Shown: positions 27,001 through 38,400 of the stretch, piece by piece | Numbering within the stretch: the first letter of the stretch is position 1 | Layout: each line of letters starts with the position of its first letter | Source: Lama guanicoe | Taxonomy: Eukaryota | Reading direction: 5' to 3' | Assembly: GCA_013239625.1 (NCBI GenBank) | Contig: MU054338.1 | Location: 2,730,977 to 2,794,976, forward strand | Length of the DNA stretch: 64,000 bases | Notes under the pieces: model-generated | Database searches by the model: none | The model's input: only the letters and a program-made list of their open reading frames with translations | Told to the model about the DNA's origin: nothing | Made by a program: the position numbers and the translations under genes

Positions 27001-27111
27001 AGGCCCCAGGCCAGGTACTGCATCCAGGTGGCTGCCCAGGACCTCACTGACTACGGGGAATCGAGCGCTTGGAGTCTCCCTGCTGCTGCCTCTGTCACCC
27101 TGGGCAAGTAG
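21044..27111 (+). CDS. EBI3: Interleukin-27 subunit beta (Epstein-Barr virus-induced gene 3): signal peptide plus two fibronectin type III domains
   Basis: Exons 21044-21110 (MAAGLVLALALWVGCSPCLGRE), 21736 (or 21727/21739)-21859, 23003-23181, 24705-24862, 26959-27111 (TAG). Motifs CQASRYPVAVDCFW, KPDPPEGVRL, WPFPEIFSLKY and WSXWS-like SSAWS. Confidence 0.96.
22005..22580. mobile_element. MER33/MER3-like hAT-Charlie element, AT-rich
   Basis: ttttctagaagccacattttaaaaaataaaaagaaatgg...attttaata and ...ggccacactcgaac...gtggccacc ends. Confidence 0.55.
23880..24410 (+). mobile_element. Old L1 (L1M/L1MB-like) 3' region
   Basis: taccacataactcccagcaa...aagagaaatgaaaacacatgt...gtggtgatggctgcacaactctgtggatatactaaaaacca. 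Confidence 0.75.
24980..25505 (+). mobile_element. Old L1 (L1M/L1MB-like) 3' region
   Basis: aaaggtggaaacaacccaaatgcccatca...gtggtgatggtggcacaacactgcgaatgtactaaatgcc. Confidence 0.75.
25534..25660 (-). mobile_element. tRNA-derived SINE (camelid Vic-1-like)
   Basis: Reverse complement gggagggtgtagctcggtggtagagtgccagcttagcatgcatgaggtcctgggtccaatccccagtacctcc plus an aaataaataaacctcattacc tail. Confidence 0.85.
26372..26815 (-). mobile_element. ERVL-type solo LTR remnant (MER76-like)
   Basis: Contains aatttatt (AATAAA on -) near one end; composition resembles ERVL LTRs. Subfamily uncertain. Confidence 0.4.
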
Positions 27112-27785
27112 TGGGGGCCTCCCAGCACCCCCCAAAGAGGGGCTGGATCCTTGCTATTCACCTGGGGATGAATGGGATCTATCTGACCTGGGTTTGCTGC
27201 TGCCGAGTTGCTGGACAACCTTGGACAAGTGACTTTGCTTCTCTGAGCCTCCAATTCTCAATCTGTGAATGGGGATGTATTCCTTCCCTCTTTTGAAATA
27301 GTGCAAAGTTTTGTGAACTGTGAATATGAGGGTTTTTTTTTCACTTGTTCAATTAGAAAAGGGTCATTGTCACTGGAATCGGGACTCTTCCTCCTCTTCC
27401 TTCAACAGAGGAGAGTCTGGGAGGAGAGAGCAGACCAGACACACACAGTGAATCCCTGCTCTGTGCGTGAGGTCAGGGCTGGACCAGAGGAAGAGACGGG
27501 CTGGGGGAGTTAGGGCAGGGGTGGAGGCATTCTGCCTGGGATAGAATGGTGAAATGCATTCGATTCAGCAGTTGGGTTCACATGCCTCCTCAGAGGCTAC
27601 CTAGTTGTGAGCCCCACTGTGGTGGGCACAAATGGGACATGAGTTTGGGAAGATTTCTCTGAGGAGGGGGAAAAACAGCCAGTCCCTGAAGCGTTTTCTC
27701 AATCCAGGGGTTTCTCTGTGCTTTTCACTCAGGTCTCAAGTCAAAGGTCAATTCCTCCAAGAAGCCTTCCCCGACCACCTCATCT

Positions 27786-28283
27786 ATGGCAGGCAGAATA
27801 ATGACTCCCTAAAGATACCCATGTCCTAGTCCCCAGAAGCTGTAACTATGGTACCTTATTACATGGCAAAAGGGACTTTGAATATGTAATTAAATTAATG
27901 ATCTTGAGGATTCTTAATTTAAAAGTTAAGGATCTTTTATTAACTTAATGAAAATGAAGTAAAGTTATACTGGGTTATTCAGGTGGCCCCAGGTAATCAC
28001 AAGTGTCCTTATAAAAGGGAAGCAGGAGGATCAGAGGGAGACATAGGAGGTCATGTGACAATGGTAGCAGAGGTCAGAGTGAGACAGGGCCATGAGCCAT
28101 GGAATTCCGGCAGCGTCTAGGAGCTGGAAAAGTCAAGGAAACAGATTCTCTCCTGGAGCCTCCAGAAGGAACCAGTCCTACCACCCATTTTAGGCTTGTG
28201 ATCTCCAGAACTATAATAAATGTGTTGTTTTGAAGTATTGAGCTGGTGGCATTTTGTTACAGCAGCCACAGGACACTGACACA
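27786..28283 (+). mobile_element. MLT1 (MaLR) solo LTR
   Basis: tatggcaggcagaataatg...acatggcaaaagggactttg...ctccagaactataataaatgtgttg...ttgttacagcagccacaggacactgacaca. Confidence 0.8.
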
Positions 28284-28649
28284 TCGGAAGTAGCCACTAC
28301 TCATCACTTTTTACCCTGAAGGTCTCTGACACGGAACAAACATTTGTAAAAGGGAGGGAGGAGGTCAGGGAAGGGACATCCTCTTTAGAGGGACTATGCA
28401 GAGGCAAGCAATGGTGGGAGGACATCAGGGAGCTAACGTGTGTGTAGGGTAAGTAGGTTTGGAGCCTGGTCTTTGAGTCTCTGCCTGTGACTCAAGATAA
28501 ACTTGGGGTGGGGCGTCCAGGGTGCTCCTTTGTGGACCTGTGTGGCCCGTGAGAACTGTCCCAGTCCCCAGGTGAGTGCTAGGGACACAGGAACAGTGTG
28601 TGGGTTCCGAAGGCCCAACACACAGGGTAAGCGCTCAACAGTGAGCCCT

Positions 28650-29400
28650 TTATTTCCTGAATGAAAGAACAAATCCGGGAATGTCGCGACCACCGGCCAC
28701 GTCGAAATTTTAACGAGACACCGCTCACCTCTAGGGGGCCAGCACCTCCTGGAACCTTTGTTGTGCACCACCGAGTTTGCAACTCGGAAGGGAAGACAGA
28801 ATGGTTCGGACCTTGACAGGCGGGTTTATAGCCAATGAAAAGGAGAGCTGTGTGTGCCGCAGCCAATAAGAGCGGGGGGAGGAAGTGACGTAGACGGAAA
28901 CATGGGACGGACGATCGGGGAAGTTCGATAAGCACCAAGCGTAACCAGTACGTTAGTGCTCGTGACAAGAATAGGAGGCAAAGATGTCGGAGCGAAAAGT
29001 TTTAAACGTAAGTGTTGGGCGATTAAGGCTTTTACTCGGGGCGGGACATTTCGGAACTCTGGTCGCGGTGGGCTTTCGGTATCTTTGCCTTCTTCCCCAA
29101 CGGCCTTCCGTAGGCGGGCTTCTCCAAACTCCTCCCAATCACTTTCCGCGGGGGGTGGGCCTTCGCTACACCTTCCCCTGCAGGCTGGGCTGTACCCAAT
29201 CACCTGTGGGGGCGGAGCTTGGGATAGCTAGTCAATCACTTCTCCTGATTGGGTTGTCCTAGGGAATTATCCAATCACTTCTATTGGGGGCGGAGCTTCC
29301 GTAAACATTGCTATGCCTACTCTACAGCCTCACGTTCAGGAGGCGTGGCTCTGTTAACCCCGCCCCTCTTGGGGTCTCTAGCCAATCGTGTTCCTTGGAG
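28650..29400 (+). promoter_or_regulatory. YJU2 CpG-island promoter: tandem CCAAT boxes, ETS-CRE composite motif, GC boxes
   Basis: CCAAT at 28832 and 28863, GGAAGTGACGTA at 28881-28892, CpG-rich. Further CCAAT and GC boxes in intron 1. Confidence 0.75.
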
Positions 29401-32400
29401 GGGTTAGACTTTGCTAAACACTTCTGCTCTGCTGTCAGAGGTGCCCTTCCAGTTGCCCCAATTTCTCCCAGCTCCGTTGAGGGAAACCAGGACTCTTGGG
29501 GTTTAGAGGGGTTGTCTGGAAGGCAGGATTCAGCTTCTGGAGAAGAGAGCTCCGGAATTCTAAGTCCCTGTTTCCCACTCTCCAGGAGGGTATGTGCTCC
29601 CAGGAAGGGGATGAGCTCCCCAGCATGGGAGTGTGTAAGCTCAAGATGTCAGGACGGAGTAGACAGCAGACCTCCAGACTGATGGCTCGGAGCCCAGGTT
29701 TCCGAGGTCAGGTTGATGTCCCCTTCCTGTGACTCAGTGCCCTAATTTTTTAAACACCTATGTTAGGGATCCAGCCCCAGCCACCCAACATTCCACTGCA
29801 GCGTGCTAGACTTCGTGTCTTGAAAGTCTTTCCATTCTGAGGATCCAACTGGGGGCCCATCCATTTGCATAACTTGTTGGTTGATACTTCTATTTGCCAG
29901 GCATTTCTCTAAGTGCCATACTTAACAAGTCCTCGCAGGTGGACAGGTTATCCGTTCTTCAGATGAGGCAACTGAGGCCCAGAGAAGTTATATAATAGCC
30001 AGGGAGTAGAGGATTCAAACCCAGCCCCCCTACCAGCTCTGTAATTCATCTAATTCATCACTGTACTACAGTTTCCCAGAGTCATGTCTCTAGGTCTGAA
30101 TCCTGGCTCTGCTGCTTACGTTGTGTGATCTCCAGCAGCTGAAACCACTGGGATTCAATTTCCTGTTGTGTAAAATGGGTACATCACTCTCATCTCATGG
30201 AATCTTTGCAAGGATTCTATGAGGCAAGGAATATAAATCTCTTTAAGAAGTAGCTGACGCCAAGTAGGTGCTCAAAATGCAAAGTGCTTTATTTTCTGAT
30301 TATCCTACGTAGTTATTTTTTTCATAATCCAAACTCACCTCCTCCACATCTCTCATCCCAGGCTCCTGTGCAGGAAGAGTTAATACAGCAGGCCTGAGAC
30401 AGCTGTCCTTGCAAAGTCTGGCTTGCAATGTTGGACCTGGCTGGCAACTGTGGACTTGAATTTCAGGATGGTTTCCACTGTTCTCTGAAAAGAATGGCTC
30501 CCTGAGCTTAAACTGTGTACAGACAATGTGGTTTCGCTGAGCATCTGCTCCACTCCTGGGGTCTGGCCTCTTTGTACGTGCCAGGCAGAGATGCCTGCAT
30601 GATCGGCCCCCAGTGAAAACCCTGGGGACTGGGTCCCCGCGAACTTCCCTGGGAGACATTCCACATGTATCATCACAGTTCATCCCTGGGGAACCTGACT
30701 CTGCCAGGAGAAGTCTCTGGAAGTTTGTGTCTGGCCTCCCTGGGCCCCACCCCATGTGCCTTTTCCCTCTGCTGATTTTCTTCTCTGTCCTTCTGCTGTA
30801 ATGAATAGTATCTGTGAACACAAGTGTGTGTGGAGTTGTATGAATCCTCTCACCAAATCATCGAACCTGGGGGTGGTCTTGGGGATCTGGACACAACTCC
30901 CCAGAGCCCCTTCCCTCTGCCCCTGGCCTACCCCTGCATCTAAAAGCAGCTCCCCTGACCCTTCCTTTGTCCCCACAGAAATACTACCCGCCTGACTTCG
31001 ACCCATCGAAGATCCCCAAGCTCAAGCTGCCCAAAGACCGGCAGTACGTGGTGCGGCTGATGGCCCCCTTCAACATGAGGTGAGTGACCCTGCAGGGCCC
31101 CGTGCACTGGTCAGGGCAGACAGACCCAGTACCCGGCATCCACAGGATGCAGCCCATCCCCAGTGCTCAAACCAGGTCACCAGTCCTGGGTCAGGCATGG
31201 ACCCAGTGAGAGAGTGACTGTGCCAAACCTTGCTTTGCTGCCATTCAGGATTAATCTCCCTGACCTCTCAGAGCTCCTGGCTGGTGCTGGCCTCGAGATC
31301 CTGATCAGCGGTAGTAAAAGTGTTAGCACGAGACAGGGTGCTTGCCATGTATTCACTCCCTCCAACAGCCTGGTCCACTGCTGCCCCAGGACCTTTGCAC
31401 AAGCTGTTAAGCTGTTCCCTCTGCCTAGAACATTCTTCCTTCTGCTCTCACGTGGCTGGCTCTTCTTCACCCTTCAGGGCTTGGCTTAAATCTCACCCCT
31501 TCAGAGAGGCCCCCCTGACCCCCGCCCAACCCTCTCTATTCTCCCCTAACCCCCAGCAGTCCCCAGACTTGGTCCTTTATACCACCTCGGAATTACCAGA
31601 GCTCTCCAATTCTAAGCCCCACAGTTTTTCACACTTCAGCCTGCTGGAAATGAAGTAGTGATCAGAGACACCTTTGTTAAACTCAGCACCTGTTTACATG
31701 TTATTGACCTGCTGCTTTTCTCTCTCTTCTCCTTTCTTCATTTTTCCCCCTCAGCAGTCAGTTTTTTGGCACCTGCTGTGTGCCGGGGCCTAGGCTGTGC
31801 GCCAGGGACACAGTGGGGATCAGGACTTGACCCCAGGGACCCCAGTCTGGTGGGGAGCAGAGATAACAAACAGGTGCTCAGGCTTATTCACCGTGAGAGA
31901 GAGTGACTGCTTGGGGCAGGGAAGCAGGGCTGCTTCGCTGGGGTGGTCAGGGAAATATCAGAAGACATGCCAGTGGAACCGGGACCTGAAGAGTGAAGGG
32001 TGTCATGGGCGGTGGGAATTGCCAGGGCTAAGGCCCAGAGGTGGGACCAAGCCAGAGTGTTTGTAGGATCAGCCAGGAGGTTGGTGTTCTGGGCCCAGGG
32101 ACGGGCTGAGGGAGGGCAGGGGGTCAGGACCTCTGCCTTGGTCCCAGTGGCTTTCCTTTTGGTGGAATCTCCCCACTGGAGGTCAGGATGCCCTGTGAAC
32201 ATCAGGCTTGCTTCCAGGAGTATGTGACAGGTGAGTCTCACCTAGTCTGCATGGTCTGGGTGCTTCTCAAGAAGGCGACACTTGGGCCAAGACCTGGGTG
32301 GATATTAGTGATAAGAGTGTGCCAGCTAAGAGAAATCTGTACACATAGCGGGCCAGGCTCCTTGGGAGGGAGGGAGCTCCCCATCCCGGGAGGCATGTAA

Positions 32401-35400
32401 GCAGCCATCTGCCAGGTAAGGCTAAGGCATCCTACCGGTAGGAACCAGGGTCCCAACCTGGCTTGAGTCCCCATCCTGCCCCACAGGTGTAAGACATGTG
32501 GAGAGTACATCTACAAGGGCAAGAAGTTCAACGCTCGCAAAGAGACGGTGCAGAACGAGGCCTACCTGGGCCTGCCCATCTTCCGCTTCTACATCAAGTG
32601 CACGCGCTGCCTGGCAGAGATCACCTTCAAGGTAGGCGGCCAGTCGGGCCTGTCCCTCCTCCCCTGGGGTCACCGCTCCTGTCCTCTCCTTCCTGGGAAA
32701 TCCAGGAAATGGCAAAGGTCTGGGGAGAAGTTCCTGGCAGTGCTGTTTATAAAGGCAAAAACCCAGAAGCATCCTAGCTGTACAATCATGAGGGATTCAG
32801 CGGACAAACTGCTGTACAGTGGGATAGTTCCCGCCAGCAGGGGTCACGCTGTCACTGCAACTGTTACCCCAAGGGTGGCATTAAAGCTGTGGAGAAAGGA
32901 TGAAGAGAACCTACAGCTTTCTCTTCACATACTTCACAAGTACCGTTGGAGTGTTTTTTTTTGGTTTTTTTTTTTGCCAGAGGCTTTTTTCATTCAGTTA
33001 AAAACCAAGATTTTAGTGGGGAGGGTACAGCTCAGTGGTAGAGCATGTGCTCAGCATGCACAAGATCCTGGGTTCAGTCCCCAGCACCTCCATTAAAAAA
33101 TAAATAAACTTGCAGAGGAGGGTATAGCTCAAGTGGTAGAGTACATGCTTAGCATACAGAAGGTCCTGGGTTCAATCCCCAGTGCCTCCTCTAAAAGTAA
33201 GTAAGTAAACCTAATTACCTCTCCCGCCCAAAAAAAAAAAAATCCTATTAAATGAATAAGTAAACTTAATTGCCTCCCATCCCCCCCAAAAATATCCCTC
33301 AAAACAACAACAAAAAAACCCCACAAGATTTTGAATAAACAAGATCCTACCGTGTAGCACAGGCACCTGCACTCAATACCTTGTAACGGCCTATAATGAG
33401 ACGGGATATGAACAAGGAATGGATTTATGTGTATGTATAACTGAATCACTGTGCTGTACGCCAGAAAGTAACACAGCATCGTAAACTATAATTCAATAAA
33501 AAAAACCCAGATTTGATTAAAATAAACAGAGTACATTTGAAAATTATGTATTTTAATTATTTACTTTTTTGACAACAGCTTTATGAGATGATTTATATGC
33601 CATACAATTCACCCTTTTAAGTGTGTAATTCAGTGGTTTTTTGGTATATTCCTAATGTCCTAAACTGTCTCCTCTGCCTGATTCCAGGACATTCTCAACA
33701 GCCCCAAAATAAGCCCCATCCCCATTAGCAGTCTCTCCCCATCTCCCCTCGCCAGCCCCTGGGACCCAGGAACCCACTCTTTGTCCCTGTGGACTGGCCT
33801 GCTCTGGATGTTTCACATCCATGGAGTCACACACTGTGTGTCCTTCTGTGTCTGCTTCTCTCACTGAGCATCGAGTCCTCAGGGTTCATCCGTGTTGTAA
33901 TGTATGTCAGTGCTTCACTCCTTTTTTAGGCCAAATAATATTTCACTCTATGGATGGACTGTGTTTTGTTTGTCCACTCATCAGATAATGGGGTTGATAT
34001 GTCCTGAAAATGATATTTTTAACCTGAATCATGGAATATGTATATATTTAGATATTAATGAATACACGTGACTTTTTTACAGACTGGAGTATCTATGGCA
34101 CAGTGTTACAGACTGGCCTTTCTGGTGAAGAATTTCAGTTGATTAAATAACTAGGATTACACATATATGTGTATGTGTGCGTGTGTGAGCATGCGGTAAA
34201 AGCAGAATTCAAGCAGTGCTTTTGAAACAGTGCACTTCTTGTTCCGGAATACTTTTAGGTTTGCAGAGAAGTTGCACAGACAGCACACAGAGGCCCCATC
34301 TGCCCCCACCAGCTTCCCCTCCTGCTATTACCTTCCGTTTCCACAGGACACCTGTCGCACAAGAAACCAACACTGGAACATTACTGTTAACCAAATTCCA
34401 GACGTGGTGTGGATTTCAGTGTTTCCACTGATGTCCTCGTTCTGTTCCAGGGTCTCATCCAGGATGCAACGTTGTATTTTGCCTCTCTGCTTTATAAGTG
34501 CAAATGGGAGCAAACTCTGTATGTACTTGATGTATAATTTATAATCAAGGGAAAAATGTCAAGTGTGCATGCATACACACACAACAGAAGGGAAATGTGC
34601 AGAGGCCCAGAGACTTTTATTTGCAAACGTGGGGGGTGAAAGGTAGCAGGGAGGCAGTAGGCAGGTGGAGAAGGGTCTGAAATTCCATGCTAGGGAGTTC
34701 AGCGTTTCTGTAGAAGGACACAGGAGCACTAGAAAGAAAGAACTGTTCTATCCAAAGCAATAAGACAAGAAAAAGAATCAGTATTAGGAGGACTGAAGCA
34801 CAGAGAAGTGTCCGAGACTGCCGGCTGCTGTTTAGTAGCAGAAGCTTCGATGCCCAGGGACTTAGGAGCTGACATCTGCCCATCCTCCCTCCCAGACAGA
34901 CCCTGAAAACACAGACTACACCATGGAGCACGGAGCCACGCGGAACTTCCAGGCCGAGAAGCTCCTGGAGGAGGAAGAGAAGAGGGTACAGAAAGAGCGG
35001 GAGGACGAAGAGCTGAACAACCCCATGAAGGTGAGTCAGGCGCCATGTGTGCATGCGTGGCTGCATGCATGTGTGTGTGTGTGTGTATGCGTGTGTGTGC
35101 ATGTGTGCATGGATGCTGGTGGAGTTGGTGCCCCTTCCTGCCTCAGGCCTCTGGGCAGGGTGATGGGGTGGGGAGTGTGGTCAGCAGAACTCTTAAGATG
35201 TCCCCAAGACCCCCACCTCCTGGTCACACGCCCTGCATAGTCCCGGGACTGGGTATACAAGGGTCTGCTCCTGTGACCACATATGTGAGATTGAACTACA
35301 GCCCGGTTGTTGCCCTCAGGAAAGGGAGATCACAAGAAAGGGAGACAGGTGGACCTGGCCTGTCACCTGAGCGCATTAGTCTGGGGCTAGAGTCAGAGAC

Positions 35401-38400
35401 AGAGGACATCAGAGATGTGAAGGAGTGACAATGTGGAGAAGGCCACATGGCAGAGAAGGCGGGCAGTGTCTAGATGCTGAGAATGGCCCCCGGCCCCCAG
35501 CCAGCAGGAAGGCGGGGATCTCAGTCCCACAACCACGAGGAGCTGAATTCTCCAGCAGCCTGAGCAAGCTCAGAAGAGGGCCCTGGGCCCTTAACCTCAG
35601 CCTAGTGAGACCCTGCCGGAAAACCCAGCCACGCCAGGCCAGACTTCCAACGCACAGAAACCGTGAGACAGTGAATTCCTGCTTTGTTAAGCCACTGGTC
35701 TGGTGGCAAATTGTTGCATAGCAAGAGAGAACTGACTCAGGGAGCCAGGAAGTTGGACTTCAGAACACAAGGTACTTCCTGCAGGCGGCTACCCTACAGT
35801 TTTCTACAGAGGTTCCTGTGACCTGTTGGACCAGTAAGGGGGTTAAGTCTAGCTTATAGAAGGAAAAGTTCTCTTGACCATTCCTTGGCTGTGTGACCTT
35901 GGCCAAGGCACTTGGCCTCTCTGTGCCTTAGCGTCCTCATCTGTAAAATGAGACTGAAACTGTCTCCTCCTCACGCGCCTGTGGTGAGGAGTAAATGAGC
36001 TCACACACATAAGGCTGAGGGCAGAGCCCGGCACGCGGTCATAGTCCCTGAACGTGCGGACTGTTGGTACTCCTTGAAGAAGTTATTTTCATGTGTAACT
36101 GGACATTTTTGCTACTTTTCTCAGAAATACTGAATGTCCGTGTTCCCTCCTGTCTTCTCTCGCCCCGTAATCCTCCTCTATTCCTGATCCCTCCCGCCTC
36201 TACCAGTTATGATCTGATCTGACTCTTCAGTGGCCGTGCAGAGCAGCAGGGAAAGAAATGGGCCTTACGGACAGTTTGCTGTGTGCCCAGAGCGGCTCCA
36301 GTGCTGTCCGTGTGCAGCTCCAGTTACCGCTACACTGGCCAGCGAGGCCTTGTTACCCTGGTATGGGTTAGCTGACCCTGTGTAACAAGTTGCCTCAAAA
36401 CTTTGCCACTTCAAACGTTTATTACAACTTGAAATGTTTATCATCCCACAGTTTTCGAGGGTCAGGAATCCAAGAATAGCTTTGCTGGACGGTTCTGGAG
36501 TGGGGTCCCTCACACAGTCACAGTAAATCTGTCGGCCAGGGCTGCCTCACCTGAGGGCTGGAGGAGCTGTTTCCAGGACGGCTCCCACGTGTGGCTGTGG
36601 GCTGGGGGCCTCAGCTTCTCTCCACGTGGGCCTTTCTACAGCTCGAGCCCCCTCACAGTGTGGGGGCCGCCCCCTCCCCCGGTGAGAATCCTAGAGAGAC
36701 CAAGGAGCAGCCCAGGGCCTTCTGTGTCTCCGAGGTGACACACATCATTGGTCATCTTCTGTTCCTTAGAAGCGAGTCACTGGACCAGCGCTCCCTCCGT
36801 GGGAGGGAAATTAGGCCAAAGAACGTGTGACCGTGTTTTCAAACCACCACGAATGCCAGAGCTTTCCCAGAGGGCTAACACAACAAGGAGACAGAGCCAG
36901 GGAGGAGTCACACCCAGCCCTGCCTGGCTCCAAAGCCACCTCTTGGACACCCGGGGTGACCAACCCCGCCTCTTTGAGCCTCAGTTTCCTTGGCTGTAAA
37001 ATGGGGTTGTTGCAAAGAGTAAATGACGTTATGTTTGGAAACACCTCAGCCTGGCACCTGGCACATGGCAGTTGCTCAGGTTGTCTTTGTTAATCTGCAT
37101 TATTATTTTCACTGAGTGACAGAGCCAGGCTGGACGTCCAGGCCACCTGGCTCCACCACTGACCAGCCACATGGCCTTAGGCAGTCCCTTGTCCTCCTGA
37201 AACTCAGTGTTCCAAGCTGTGAAATGGGTACAGTGACGGGATCAGGCGCTGTGGATCGAGGCACCAGGGTGGGGTGTCCTTGCCTTGCCCCCGTGACCCC
37301 CGAGGCCAGACAGGCTGCGTGGCAGGGTGAGGCCCTAGCACACTGAGCCCAGCGTCTGCCTGCCCGTCAGGTGCTGGAGAACAGAACCAAAGACTCCAAG
37401 CTGGAGATGGAGGTGCTGGAGAATCTGCAGGAGCTCAAGGACCTGAACCAGCGGCAGGCCCACGTGGACTTCGAGGCCATGCTGCGGCAACACCGCCTGT
37501 CGGAGGAGGAGCGGCAGAAGCAGGAGCAGGAGGAGGACGAGAGGGAGGCTGCGTGAGTCGGGGTGCGAGTCGTGGAGGGTGGGGCCGCAGTCCCGGGAGC
37601 CCCAGGTGCGCCCACCCACTGCACAGCCCTCGTAGGGCCCTTCCTTCTGCCTGGAATTCCCTGTCCGGATCTTTCCACGGCTCCCTCAAGGGTCACCTTC
37701 TCAGGGAGGCCTTCCCTGCACCCCTCATCTCACGTTCTCTTTCATGGCGTCTGTATCGGGGCCCCAGGACCTCCCCCAGGTTCAATGGTTAATTATAGTG
37801 AAGTTACAGAGAAAAGTCAGCAGAGGGGAAAGGTGCCTGGGGCAGTCGGGGGACCGGGTGCAAGCTGTCCGAGTCCCCTCCCGGTGGCATCCCACGGCAC
37901 GGGCTTAATTCCCCCAAAACGAGATGGGACAGTGCAAGTGAGCTGTCGTCCCCAGGAGGACTCACGAGACCCGGTCACGCAAGCACCTCTGCCCAGCACG
38001 GCCGAGACCCCAGGCTCTGAGAGGAGAGCAGGTGCCTGTGTAGACCCCATGTTTGCACAGACAGTGCAGGGACAGGGAGCCCCTCATCAGCAAGGGTGGC
38101 AGGAGCCCCCAGGCCTAGTTCCAGACACCCCCGAGGGCCGGGCTGGTGAGCAGTCTTTGCAAGACACCGCCTCAGGCCTGCTGTGTTCATGCTTCTGCAC
38201 GGCGTCTCCCGCTGTCCAGAGCCATCTTGCCGATTCACCCCTTTCCAGATCTGTTGTGTCTTCCCTCGAGAGTGTGAACAGGGGCTTGGTTTGGCTTCTG
38301 GCTCTGGGGCCTGGAACAGGGTCAGGCACGTAGTAGGTGCGCAGTCGGCACTGGTGGGTTGGCAGATCGGTGACTCCATGACTAGCAGGGAGCGGTGTCT

